A stretch of DNA of 64,000 nucleotides, taken from positions 18,786,001-18,850,000 of the forward strand of contig NC_043021.1 in NCBI RefSeq assembly GCF_006345805.1, read 5' to 3'. The translations under genes were made by a program, and so were the position numbers. Below, piece after piece: positions 50,111 through 62,994 of this stretch. Position 1 is the stretch's first letter. Every line of letters begins with the position of its first letter. The notes under the pieces were generated by a model. The model had not been told where the DNA came from. It searched no databases and saw nothing but the letters and a program-made list of their open reading frames with translations. The DNA comes from Octopus sinensis. Its lineage: Eukaryota.

Positions 50111-52439
50111 TCTTTTACTCTTTTACTCGTTTCAGTCATTTGACTGCGGCCATGCTGGAGTACCGCCTTTAGTCGAAGAAACGGTATTTGAACTCGGAAT
50201 GTAAAGAGCCCAAAGAAATGTCACTAAGCACTTTGTCTGAAGCACAAACAATTTTGCAAGCTCGCCCCGCCACTTTAGTGGTGACAGTAATTTATACTGC
50301 AGGCACAAGGCCTGAAATTTTGTGGGGAAGAGATATTCGATTTACATGTCCCCCCCCCCCCAACAACCTCCCCATACTCAAATGATATATATATATATTT
50401 ATTGACCCTGAAAGTATGGAAAGCAAAAATTGACTTCAGTGTCTACTTATCCATATCTGCATGGGTCAGACAAAAATTGTCATGGTAAATTTTCATGTGG
50501 CTGGATGCTCTTCCAATCACCAACATTCATGTTTCCAAGCAGTGTAATATCTTCCTCTTGTCTGGATGTTTTCACAGAAGACTGCAAATAAATGTCACCA
50601 CTTGTGTGATGGTGAATATTGCTCAAAAGTAACATATGACATCCATGTCTGGATATGTTTTCTGGACGTGTTTTCTGCAAGGTCATATGCTGTTTATCTT
50701 GATATGAGATCACCATGTCACGCACATATGGTTGTGATGCATGTGCCTGGTGTACCCTTATCAGACGGGTAGTCATGATGGGTATACTGGGCTTCATATA
50801 TTTTACCCCAGTGTCACTTTGATGGCATGCACTGCTCTCTCACTCAATGATAATAATAATAATAATAATAATAATGATAATTATAATAATAAGTTTATGT
50901 TCACTTTCCATGCTATGTTTCCATGGGTTTTGATTGAGTTTCTTGAGATTTATTTTCTACAACCAGATGCCCTTCATGTTCGTAGCCGTCACCTGTATCC
51001 AAGCAAGTTAATATTTCCCAATGGTCATACTTGTTTTTTACAGAAGACTGGAAATGAATGACATCACTTGTATGATGGTAATGTTCATATACGACGCTCT
51101 TGTGATGTTAAGACAACGGTACACACATACACATATATGCATCTATAAAAAAATTAGAAAAAAACCCAGCTCATAACATCACTACAATAGGATTTCAATA
51201 ATATGGTTATTCATTTAACTAGGCAATGTAAATTACATAATATTACATATTTCTGTATCATTGCATAACCATACCATTTCATCAGGTGATATTCAGCCTT
51301 CAATCAGAAAAACACAGAGAAGCAAGATTTCTAAGAAATACAGATTTTCCAATATGGGAAAGGGATATTAAGGCATGCGACCAATCAAAATATCACATTT
51401 GCAAAGGCAATGAAATTAGTGAAAGTATGTGCCAGAAAAGAATAACTAAAAGACTGTCTCACTTTTTAGATGGCTTCTATGCCTAAAATTTGATGAGAGG
51501 CTATATCCTGCAATAAATAATTCATCTGTTATCATGGAAATCCTGTAGACTGGCTTAAGCATCTGGCTGTACAAAACCTACCTCAATAAATTCTATTTGA
51601 TTCCTATTCGAGCAGACATGGAAAAGTGAATGTTAAAATAATAATGATGTATATATGAATGTATGTATGTATGTGTGTATTTATGCAAAAATAATAATAA
51701 TTAAGCAGAAAACAGGCATGGTATTCTGTGCTTTATAGGACATACACACATTTCAGCAAAATGCAAACATAATTACATAAAATAAGTTATAGAAACATTA
51801 TGCAAGCTTGCACACACCTCATCAGTGTTCCACAATGAATACAACAACAGATGTAACAGCCCCAAAATTATATCCTTTTCCCTATCATGCAAATTATCAA
51901 CCTCAGATGTCACACAGGAGACAGACAAAGCAACATATCGTGGATGACCAGACTATGCTATGCCTCTCTCAAATCCAAATAGGTGCAATCAGAGGGGGAA
52001 AGCGAGAGAGAGAGAGATAAAATAAAAAACCAAAATCAAATAAATAAAAATCAAAATATAAATAAAGAGAGGGAGAAGAACAGTGACCAAAGGGATAGCA
52101 GATGGTCATCAGTTGTGGGATATAAATTAGCTAAGGGTGGCTGTAAATGAAAAGGTAGAAAATTTCTTTTGGAAGAGGTATAAGCAGACAAGACACAAGA
52201 AGACACACACACACCAACTCATGCATACATGCATGTATACACACACACACACACACACTCACACCAACTCATGCACACATGCATGTATACACACACACCT
52301 ATAAACAAACAAATACTCATATATAAATACAAAAAGTTGGTGCTCCAGCATGACTGCAGTTCAATGACCAAAACGAGTAAAAACTTTAAGATATATACAT
52401 ATATATATATATATATATACATGCCATGCTTGACCGCTA

Positions 52440-52591
52440 AATCCACAAGTTTTCTTTCATTCTTTCTCTGTTTATCTTCTCTTATTCGTTTCTGTTGAAG
52501 AGCGTAGCCTTGAAATGTAAAAGACTTTTTCATTTTCCCCTAGCATCAAACTAATACACCTGTCTTCATCTTTTGTTTTTCTATAAATTTC

Positions 52592-52628
<37 letters not shown>

Positions 52629-52828
52629 ACCACATGTGTATCGTTGGCAATTTTCTTTCTCCGTCTTCCCTTCCTTAGACCTTTCCTTTTTCTATGTTTC
52701 TGACAAAGAGCTCCGCTCGAAACATTAAATCCTCCTTCTTTCTTTCCTTTCCTGAGCGTCCAATAACACTATACTTGTTCCACATCCTTGCATTGTTGTG
52801 TTTTCTCTTTGTGTTTTCATGTTTGGAT

Positions 52829-52835
<7 letters not shown>
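52440..52835 (+). mobile_element. Penelope-like AT-rich remnants with decayed hammerhead-like motifs
   Basis: CTGACAAAGAGCTCCGCTCGAAAC at 52700-52723 and a similar motif near 52492-52520. End GTTTGGATTAACTATA is also present, inverted, at about 40930. Confidence 0.4.
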
Positions 52836-52890
<55 letters not shown>

Positions 52891-53039
52891 CACACACATA
52901 CACATATATATACACACTATCATTTAACGTCTGTTTTCCAAGCTGGCATGGGTTGGACTGTAATATCACGCATGCACATAGATGCATGCACACATATAAA
53001 TGTATGCATCCACACACATGCACACAATTACGCACAATA

Positions 53040-53424
53040 GTGGAGCGCTAAGAGTACCATACGAGTGAGATCGTTGCCAGGGCAACAAGCTGGCCTTTGT
53101 GCCGATGGCACGTTAAGCACACCATTCGAGCGTGATCGTTACCGCGTCGCCTTGCTAGCACTTGTGCTGGTGGCATGTGAAATATTCGAGCAAGGTCGTC
53201 GCCAGTGCACCATTTGGGCGTGGCCGTTGCCAGTTCCACCATACTGGCCCTCGTGCCAGTGGCACATAAAAGCACCCACTACACTCTCGGGGTGGTTGGC
53301 GTTAGGAAGGGCATCCAGCTGTAGAAACTCTGCCAGATCAGATTGGAGTTTGGTTCGCTAGACCTCAGTCAAATCGTCCAACCCATGCTAGCATGGAAAG
53401 CGGACGTTAAATGATGATGATGAT
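53040..53424 (+). mobile_element. Family-D (RTE 3' UTR) element
   Basis: Homology; (GAT)n tail. Confidence 0.88.
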
Positions 53425-53425
53425 A

Positions 53426-53473
<48 letters not shown>

Positions 53474-53508
53474 CATATACACACACACACACATACATCT
53501 ATACATAT

Positions 53509-53892
53509 GGGAAGCACTCCGTCGGTTACAACGATGAGGGTTCCGGTTGATCCGAATCAATGGAACAGCCTGCTCGTGAAATTAACGTGTAAGTGGCTGA
53601 GCACTCCACAGACACGTGCACCCTTAACGTAGTTCTCGGGGATATTCAGCGTGACACAGAGAGTGACAAGGCCAGACCCTTGAAATACAGGTACAACAGA
53701 AACAGGAAGTAAGAGTGAGAGAAAGTTGTGGTGAAAGAGTACAGCAGGGATCACCACCATCCCCTCCCGGAGCCTCGTGGAGCTTTTAGGTGTTTTCGCT
53801 CAATAAACACTCACAACGCCCGGTCTGGGAATCGAAACCGCGATCCTACGACCGCGAGTCCGCTGCCCTAACCACTGGGCCATTGCGCCTCC
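53509..53892 (-). mobile_element. SINE-C, tail variant i, full length
   Basis: tRNA-like head GGAGGCGCAATGGCCCAGTGGTTAGGGCAGCGGACTCGCGG...GGTTTCGATTCC; 14-bp TSD ACATCTATACATAT at 53495-53508 and 53893-53906. Confidence 0.9.
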
Positions 53893-53902
53893 ACATCTAT
53901 AC

Positions 53903-54008
<106 letters not shown>

Positions 54009-54347
54009 AAAAGGATTTACTGCATGCACTGAAACAGTTATGATGTTACTATGTGAGAGAGTAGCTGACTCATTGAGAGGTTACAATAGGGTACAAGCAA
54101 CCCGACTCCTGAGTAAATCTCACACTTGTCAGACTAATAATATGATCTAAGCCAATACACCGCAGTATGTATATCCTTTCATTTCCCACCACACTTCCTG
54201 AGTGTGTATATAGGTGTATACATTTTCACCTTGAACATGCTTATGTCAATACAAGCTGCATCGGATATCAAACTTTGGCAATGCAGGATCAACTACACCT
54301 TCCTGGGGTGCAGGAGATTAGTAGCATTGGCTCCATGAGGTAATACA

Positions 54348-54609
54348 TAGGTGCAGATATGACTGTGTGGTAAGATGCTTGCTTCCCAACCACAAGGTTC
54401 CAGGTTCAGTCCCACAGCGTGACACCTTGGACAAGTATCTTCTGTTATAATCTCAGGTCAATCAAACCTTGTCATCTATGTGTGAGTGTCTTTGTGTCTA
54501 TCCTCCACCATTGCTTGACAACCGGTGTTGGTGTGTTTACATTCCTGTAACTTAGCAGTTTGGCAAAAGAAACTGATAGAGTAAGTACTAGACTTAACAT
54601 TAAAAAATA

Positions 54610-54643
<34 letters not shown>

Positions 54644-55040
54644 CTTTTCTACTCTAGGCACAAGGCCCGAAATTTTGGGGGAGAGGCCGTCATTAGATTG
54701 ACCCCAGTACGAAACTGGTATTTAATTTATTGCCCCACCCCCACCCCTTCACCTGCCAAAAGGATGAAAGTTGACCTCGGTGGAATTTGAACTCAGAACA
54801 CAAAGACAGATGAAATACTGCTAAGCATTTTGCCCAGCGTGCTAACGTTTCTGCCAGCTCACTACCTTTATGTGTCTGTCTGTCTGTATGTATGTATGTA
54901 TGTATGTATGTATGTATGTGTGTGTATATATATATATATATATAAGTACTGAGATCAATTTATTCGACTACAATTTCGTTAAGACAGTGCTCCAGCATGG
55001 CCACATTCTAATGACTAAAACAAGTAAAATATAAAAGATA
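54348..55040. mobile_element. Diverged SINE-A (+) split by a SINE-E (-, 54646-54868)
   Basis: Homology to the window's copies. Confidence 0.75.
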
Positions 55041-55389
55041 AAAGTTAATTGTGGATTAAGATTAGCTCCCACTGGCCTGAATGCCTAATTATACTTGCAC
55101 AACACCTGCAATGCTTCTACCTGTTTGCCTTTGGTTTTGCTCTTCTCTATGGATGCACTGTGCACCCCCCCCACGACTGTGGAGTTGATTGATCAATTGA
55201 TGAGTAGAACTTGCAAATCTTGTAAAGTATCTTGATGTCATTATACACAGTTTCAGTGCTTGTGTATACACATATATATGTGTGTGTGTGTGTTAATGCA
55301 TGTAATTAAGGATAGCAAAATACAATGGCCTATTCAACCAAACTGTTTAAATAAGCTGCCAGGTGTAACTTAAAGCTCGTAGTCAGAAT

Positions 55390-56560
55390 GAGCATGGCTG
55401 TGTGGTAAGCCACGTGATTCCAGGTTCAGTCCCACTATGTGTCAGCACGGGTAAGTGTCTTCTACTGTAGACTCAGGCTGACCATAGCCTTGTGAGTGGA
55501 TTTGGCTGATGGAAACTAAAAGAAGCCCATTGTGTGTGTGTATGCATGTGTGTATGTATATATATATATATATATATGCACATACACACATGCATACACA
55601 CATATATATATATATATGAATAGATAGATATGTATGTATGTATCTATGGAATTGTGTTTGTTCCCGCCTGCTTGACAACCAGGTTTGGTTTATTTATGTC
55701 CTTGTAAAAGAAACCAATAAAATAAGTACCGGCTTTGATTCATTCAAGTAAAACCTTTGAAAGCAATGTTCCAGTTTGGTCGTAGTCCATTGACAGAAAC
55801 AAGTAACTGATAAAAGATATATATATATATATATAATATACATAATTGGCAGAGAGAGTGAGAGTGATGCATTTACACACATTGCACTCACCCACCCACA
55901 CACATGCATGTTCCTATTCATATATAAGTAAACATAGATGTATACAAACATAAACTGTGACCTGCTTTCTTCTTTGTAAGATATATATATATATATATAT
56001 ATAATATATGGGGCCTTTTTGCCTGGGTAACTCCAATTAATAGGTATGCACTGTGAGTGCTCAATTTGGTATGCCACTAAAATTTCGGTATAAACCATGG
56101 CTGAATGCGTAGTAACACGTGAGCCCTTCTAAAGCCTTTCTAGAAAATATATACACCTTTATTATATCATATTATAGGTTCAGGAGTGGCTGTGTGGTAT
56201 ATAGCTTGCTTACCAACTACATGGTTCTGGGTTCAGTCCCACTGCATGGCAACTAGTGTCTTCTACTATAGTCTCAGGCCGACCAAAGCCTTGTGAGTGG
56301 ATTTGGTAGATGGAAACTGAAAGAAGCCCATCTTATATATATATATATGTATATGTTTGTGTGTCTGTGTTTTTCTCTACTTCATTGATTGACAACCGAT
56401 GTTGGTGTGTTTGTGTCCCCGTAACTTAGTGGTTCGGCAAAACGCACTGATAGGATAAGTACTAGGCATACAAAGAATAAGTCCTGGGGTCAATTTGTCC
56501 GACAAAAGGCAGTGCTCCAGCATGGCCTCAATGAAATTACTGAACCAAATAAAAGCAAAG
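55390..56560 (+). mobile_element. Two SINE-A copies (55390-55815 diverged; 56174-56560)
   Basis: Homology to the window's copies. Confidence 0.82.
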
Positions 56561-56662
56561 CAATAAAGAATATAACTAAATTAAATGTCCTTGTCAAGTC
56601 TTACCAAATTGCTTGCCTCTTCGTTTCTGCTTTAATCTATGTATATATATATATATATAATC

Positions 56663-56702
<40 letters not shown>

Positions 56703-57036
56703 AAGGCGCATGGCTCAGTGGTTAGAGCATCGAGCTTACGATCGTGAGGTTGTGAGTTTGAATCCCTAACTGGACTGCGTGTTGTGTTCTTGAGCAAGAC
56801 ACTTTATTTCACGTTGCTCCAGTTTCACTCAGCTGTAGAAATGAGTTGCGACGTCACTGGTGCCAAGCTGTATCGGTCTTTGCCTTTCCCTTGGATAACA
56901 CTGGGGGCGTGGAGAGGGGAGGCCGCTATGCATGGGCGACTGCTGGTCTTCCATAAACTACCTTGCCCGGACTTGTGCCTGGGAGAGTAACTTTCTAGGT
57001 GCAATCCCACGGTCAGCCATGACCGAAGGGGGTCTT
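56703..57036 (+). mobile_element. SINE-B, full length
   Basis: Homology to the window's copies. Confidence 0.9.
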
Positions 57037-57103
57037 AATATATATATATATATATATATCTTTCATTCTTTTGTTGTCTTACTTTTTCTATCTATCAGAT
57101 GGA

Positions 57104-57300
57104 AGGCGTTTAATGGCATAAGGGATGGTAGTGAAACATGGGCTACCACAAAGAGAGAAGAGCAGAGACTGGTAACAGCTCAAAGAGCCATGGAAAGGTC
57201 AATGCTTGGAATCTCGTTGAGAGAGCACATCTGTTGCGAGGTCATCAGAAAGAAGTCCGGCGTGAGGCATGTCATTGCAGAGTATACACGCAGCAAGTTT
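57104..57300 (+). mobile_element. Fragment of a different RTE-clade LINE
   Basis: [35 protein letters not shown]...[12 protein letters not shown], a post-RT motif of the RTE-1 type. Confidence 0.75.
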
Positions 57301-57356
57301 ACATATACATACATACATATACATACATACATATATATAAACGATGATGATGATGA

Positions 57357-57391
<35 letters not shown>

Positions 57392-57623
57392 CATACATAC
57401 ATACATACATACATACATACATACATACATACATACATACATACATACATACATGCATGCATACATACATACATACATGCATACATACATACATACATAC
57501 ATATATATGTATGTATACATATGTATATATATATATATATGTATATATATATACATATGTATATATATATATATGTATGTATATATATATAATATGTATA
57601 TGTATATATATATATATAATATG

Positions 57624-57660
<37 letters not shown>

Positions 57661-57696
57661 GTATATATATATACATATATATATGGTATACATATG

Positions 57697-57730
<34 letters not shown>

Positions 57731-57774
57731 TACATATGTATATATATGTATGTATACATATATATATATATATG

Positions 57775-57806
<32 letters not shown>

Positions 57807-57855
57807 TACATACATATATATATATATATATCTATATATATATATATATACATAC

Positions 57856-57886
<31 letters not shown>

Positions 57887-57900
57887 ATATATACACACAC
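57300..57900. repeat. CATA/TA microsatellite field
   Basis: Direct reading. Confidence 0.95.
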
Positions 57901-58306
57901 AATGGGCTTCTTCAGTTTCCATCTAACAAATCCACTCGCAAGGCTATAGTAGAAGACACTTGCCCAAGGTGCTATGCAGTAGGAGTGAAGTCGGACCACG
58001 TGGTTAAGAAGCAAGCTTCTTAACACACAGCCATAGCTGCACCTACATATATTTATGTATATATGTATATATATGTATGTATGTATGTGTATGTACGTAT
58101 ACATACATGTATTCATACCTTCATGTGTATGTGTGGTCTGTTTGTAGTAGTGTCTTAGTTCAGTTTATACAGATTATGAAAGACTTCGGATGAATAAACA
58201 ACTTTGTATGAAAGGTGGCTGGTTTTTACAAAAGGAAAATACTATACAGGTGTTTATTAACTACCTTCCCCACCGAAACCGGATTTGAATGAAACAAATT
58301 GTTTGA

Positions 58307-58337
<31 letters not shown>

Positions 58338-58370
58338 CCGGAGTAAACACATAAATGTGAAACAAGGTGG

Positions 58371-58418
58371 AAAAACTGTCTGATGAACGGCAACGAGAAA
58401 CTCAGAGTAACAGATTTT
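58371..58418 (+). ncRNA. Candidate minimal type-I hammerhead ribozyme
   Basis: CUGU-CUGAUGA-A-CG-GCAA-CG-A-GAAA-CUC-A-GAGUA-ACAG: stem I CUGU/ACAG extends past one mismatch; GNRA-capped stem II; near-palindromic stem III. Confidence 0.55.
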
Positions 58419-58446
58419 GTTGAATTTTCTGCTGCTTAAAATAAAG

Positions 58447-58490
<44 letters not shown>

Positions 58491-58511
58491 CATACATGAG
58501 GCGGTATATAG

Positions 58512-59128
58512 TGAAGGTACTTGACTCAGTGGTTAGAGTGTCAGACTCACAATCTTGAGGTCGTGAGTTCAATTATTGGACTGAGCTGTGGTGTGTTCTT
58601 GGGCATGACATTTTATTTCACATTGCTCCAGTTTACTCAGCTGTAGAAATGAGTTGTGACATCACTGGTGCCAAGCTGTTTCGGCCTTTGCCTTTCCCTT
58701 GGGTAACATTGGTGTGAAGGAGGGAGGCTTGTATGCATGGGTGACTGCTGGTTTTCCAGTGGAGGCACAATGACCCAGTGGTTAGGGCAGCGGACTCGCG
58801 GTCGGAGGATCGCGGTTTCGATTCCCAGACCGGGCGTTGTGCGTGTTTATTGAGCGAAGATACCTAAAGCTCCACGAGTCTCCGGCAGGGGCTGGTGGCA
58901 ACCCCTGTTGTACTCTCTTCCTGTTTCTTATCCCCAACTTCCTACGCAACCGTGTCGGGGGTTGACCTGCTTTCTCTTCTGTGGGTCTTACGAATAGCAA
59001 AGGACCACGTTTTGGACTTCTCCCACTCTGGGACGAAGACTGCTTTGCTCAGCAAGAACAGCAGCAGCTGGTCTTCCATAAACAAATTTGCTTGCAATCC
59101 CATGGTCATTCATAACCAAAGAGGTCTT
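58512..59128 (+). mobile_element. SINE-B interrupted by SINE-C tail variant iii (58759-59066)
   Basis: TSD GCTGGT(T/C)TTCCA at 58747-58758 and 59067-59078; insert ends in (CAG)n. Confidence 0.85.
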
Positions 59129-59137
59129 TATCCTTTA

Positions 59138-59318
59138 TACACAAGGAGGCACAGGAAAGTTTCTGGCGTTCGGTAAAAGAAAATACAGGAGAATCAGTTA
59201 ATTATGATTTTATTCAACATATTCCCGCTCAGATTTGCACACTTATTGCAGAAGTCCTTCAGATTTTCTGCGCCTCCAACCAGGCCTTTCACTAGGAACT
59301 TTTCAGCATACCCTTGTG
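59138..59318 (-). mobile_element. Mariner-derived MITE, second copy
   Basis: Homologous to 18268-18491. Confidence 0.7.
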
Positions 59319-59624
59319 TGTGTGTGTGTACAATATATATGCATGCATGCACATACATAACCACTACACACATTTTTTGTCTCTCCTTGTTTTTTCTGTG
59401 TCCCTTTCTGTAGAAAGGGACACATGCTGGCATGGGTTGGACAGTTTGACTGGCCTGGCTGGCATGCTGGAAGGCCACACCAATTATCTTCAGTGCCTTT
59501 TTTTTTTTTTATCTTCATGGGTAAAGTATGATTTGATAACAATTTGGCTGTTGTATCTAATAAGTATGTGACCTCTTTCAGGCTCTTTATTGGTTCGAAA
59601 TAATAACATTTTATTTGTTGCTGT

Positions 59625-59658
59625 TTTGGTAGATGGAAACTGAAAGAAGCCCATCGTA

Positions 59659-59709
<51 letters not shown>

Positions 59710-60111
59710 TGTGTGTCTGTGTTTGTCTCCCCAACATCGCTTGACAACCGATGGTGGTGTGTTTATGTGCCCGTAACTTAGCGGTTCGGCAAAAGAGACC
59801 GATAGAATAAGTTCTAGGCTTACAAAGAATAAGTCCTGGGGGTCGATTTGCTCGACTAAAGGCGGTGCTCCAGCATGGCCACAGTCACATGACTGAAACA
59901 AGTTAAAGAGCAAAGAGTATATCTGGCCCAAGTATTTTATCTGTGTTATTTCCAAACTGGCCAGATCTAATCTTTCACGCCTTTTCTACAATGTCATTCT
60001 ACAGATAAACAATCATTCAACGTTTACATTTATGAAATAATGCATGATTAATTGAAAACAATGAGAATGAGTAAGCATGACATTTGACAGAGAAATCTGA
60101 ATGCTAAATGG
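59625..60111. mobile_element. 5'-truncated SINE-A (+, 59625-59918) and partial piggyBac-type MITE (-, 59921-60111)
   Basis: Homology to the window's copies. Confidence 0.75.
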
Positions 60112-60177
60112 TTAATTCCAGGTCATTTTTGGGAGCCAGTAGATCTATGATAAAAAACATTCCAGTCTGTTCCTGTC

Positions 60178-60512
60178 TCTCTATATATAAACGACAAAAT
60201 GTCTGTCTGTGTGTGTGTATCCTTTATACAAATCCACAATTTTTCAGTTAGAGGGCTCGCACTTTCTATGGTCATTCAAAACCGTCCAAGGGTGGTCGTG
60301 CACATCTTTACATTTCCCCAGTCACCCCGCAAAGCCATTAAATAATCAATAGAAGTGACTTTTTTGTGAATTTTCTATCCAAAACCCAATCAAAATGCCC
60401 GAAACTTGATACGCCGATTGAATGCCAGCTAGCTGTATGTGATTTTCGGAGATTTGGACAGTACTTACGTGTATGTGCGCACACATGCAGCTGTATATGC
60501 ATGCACTAGCAG
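60178..60512 (+). mobile_element. Non-autonomous Helitron copy 3, 3'-truncated
   Basis: Collinear with copies 1 and 2, ending in the first arm of the terminal palindrome. Confidence 0.8.
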
Positions 60513-60647
60513 TATGATAAAAGACATTCCAGTCTGTGCCTATCCCATCTATTCTAACCAAACAAAATATAGCATAGCTTGGGCTCTGTTATCTTATATG
60601 TCTTTTTTTTTTTAAGATACTAGGTGTGATTAAAGGAGATTTGACTG

Positions 60648-60842
60648 TAGGCACAGGAGTGGCTGTGTGGTAAGTAGCTTGCTTACCAACCGCATGGTTC
60701 GGGGTTCAGTCCCACTGCGTGGCATCTTGGGCAAGTGTCTTCTGGTATAGCCCCGGGCCGACCAATGCCTTGTGAGTGGATTTGGTAGACGGAAACTGAA
60801 AGAAGCCTGTCGTATATATGTATATATATATACACACACATA

Positions 60843-60901
<59 letters not shown>

Positions 60902-61110
60902 CTGTGTTTGTCCCCCTAGCATTGCTTGACAACCGATGCTGGTGTGTTTACATCCCCACATCCCCGTCACTTAGCGGTTCAGCAAAAGAGACCGATAGAA
61001 TAAGTACTGGGCTTACAAAGAATAAGTCCCGCGGTCGATTTGCTCGACTAAAGGTGGTGCTCCAGCATGGCTGAAGTCAAATGACTGAAACAAGTATAAG
61101 AGTAAAAGAA
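60648..61110 (+). mobile_element. SINE-A, full length
   Basis: Homology to the window's copies. Confidence 0.9.
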
Positions 61111-61377
61111 GATTCTAGACATAGATGAAGAGTGATAGGCTGGATAAGAAACCCATCCAACCACGGTTGAGAAAACTAGAAACAACATATACCGATGATC
61201 AGTGTCATTGTTTAACCCTAGGTTAGCAGATTGAGTAACCACTTTCAGTCTTTTAGTCTGTCTCTCTCTTATCAGCTCAAACAAGTCCTCAGTTGTTGTT
61301 ATTGTTCAGTTCCAGGTCAGTCTCTAGCCAAGCATATTTATGACCAGAAGCAGTCCTGTTTTGTCCTTTTCTATGTA

Positions 61378-61922
61378 TTGGGTTGTCCGGAAATTCCTTG
61401 CCGATTTATAGTAGCTTACCTTTCGACTTATTTTAGAACATGGTTGAGTCCATAAAATTTAGAGCACAGTTTAAGCTATCTTTTTGTGGAAGAAGGTTTA
61501 TGTTCCTATAACCTGTGTTAATTCTGTAACCCTTTAAAATGGAAGATAAGAAAGTTCATTTTCGGTACTTGATACTTTGGGAACCAGACAAAAATTGCTG
61601 CAGCTTGGCTGGGATGTGTTACCCCACCCTCCATATTCACCAGATATTGCTCCTTTGGATTTCCACTTATTCAGGTCTCCGCAGAATAGTCTTAATGGCA
61701 AAAATTTCAATTCCTTGGATGACGTAAAAAGATACCTTGATGAATTCCTTGCCATGAAACCACCCCAATTCTGGGAAGAGGGTATTTTCGAGTTAAAGGA
61801 AAGATGGAGATGCATTGTGCAACAAAATGGTTCATATTTGGTTGATTAAAAATGTAATGGCAAGTATTTGTTGACCTTTTTCTTTCCTTTAAAAATCAGC
61901 ACAAACTTTCTGGACAACCCAA
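61378..61922 (+). mobile_element. Internally deleted mariner element
   Basis: TA TSDs; TIRs TTGGGTTGTCC(G/A)GAAA..; N-terminus MEDKKVHFR joined directly to C-terminus HPPYSPDIAPLDFHLF...W..IVQQNGSYLVD. Confidence 0.92.
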
Positions 61923-62442
61923 TAGAATCAAATAAAATGTTCTCCGATTATGGAATTTCATATTTTGGTAAATATAGGTGCTGGCACGGCTCTCTGGTAA
62001 GAAGTTTGCTTCTCATCTGCATGGTTCTGGGTTCAGTGTTACTGCAAAGCACCTTGGGCAAGTGTCTTCTACAATAAGCCGAGGCCAACAAAAGCTTTGT
62101 GTGTGGATTTGGTAGATGGAAACTGAAAGAAGCCCATTACATATATATATGTGTGTTGTTTGTGTCTTCTTCTCTTGAACTCACATGATAGTTGTAAATG
62201 ATTGTCACTGTCATACAAGCGGTGTCATTCATTTCCAATATTCTGTGAGAACACATTTGGCCATGGAGGGAATATTACCTTGCTTGGAAGCAGAAGAGAG
62301 GAGGCAACAGGAAGGACATTTGAACATAGAAAATCTGCCTCAAAAAATTCTGTCTGACCCAAAAGAAAACATCATCAAACCAACAGGGAAGATTCTATGA
62401 GATTGTTTGATTTGCTAGAAATAGAAGGCAAGTCACCTTTAA

Positions 62443-62663
62443 TCTCTTAGCATTCAGATTATTCTGTCAAATGTAAAGCTTATTTATTCACATTGTTTTG
62501 ATTTAACCAAGCATTACCTCGTAGTTTTGAGATATTGATGATGTGATTGTTTATCTTTAGAATGACATTTTAGAGTAGGTGTGACAAGCCAGATCAGGTC
62601 AGTTTGAACTTAAAACAGGTTGAATTTTTGGGCTGGATATGACCAAGTTTGAATGCTAAAGGG
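62443..62663 (+). mobile_element. piggyBac-type MITE
   Basis: TTAA flanks; homologous to 11732-11952. Confidence 0.8.
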
Positions 62664-62994
62664 TTAAATCACATGCTTCAGTCTTAGAAAAGAACAAATC
62701 GGTTAAAATGATTTAGGGTGCAGTGTACCTGAGGAAAAAGGGGACAGTTAGAGCTGAAATGTAGTTGATTACAGAGCTGCTCAGTCAGAGCTGACCTAGG
62801 GCTAAACTCTAACAATGGTGTCAGTATATGTTTCTTGTATTCTCAACCATGATTGGCTGGGCTTCCTATCCAACACTCTTCATCTCTGTCTGGTATCATC
62901 TTGAAATTTTACCTTACCACTTTTTTGATCACCCAGTCCTCATCAACTGCTAATTTCTTTTTACCATCAGTTTGTATTACAACATCATTTTCAT

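Noticed and set aside
56703-56780. SINE heads (A, B, C, E families) as tRNA genes
   Set aside because: A/B boxes are present, but acceptor stems are incomplete and each head continues into a multi-copy SINE body.
56932-58023. 363-aa ORF as a gene
   Set aside because: Chance read-through of a SINE-B end, a short RTE fragment and microsatellite.
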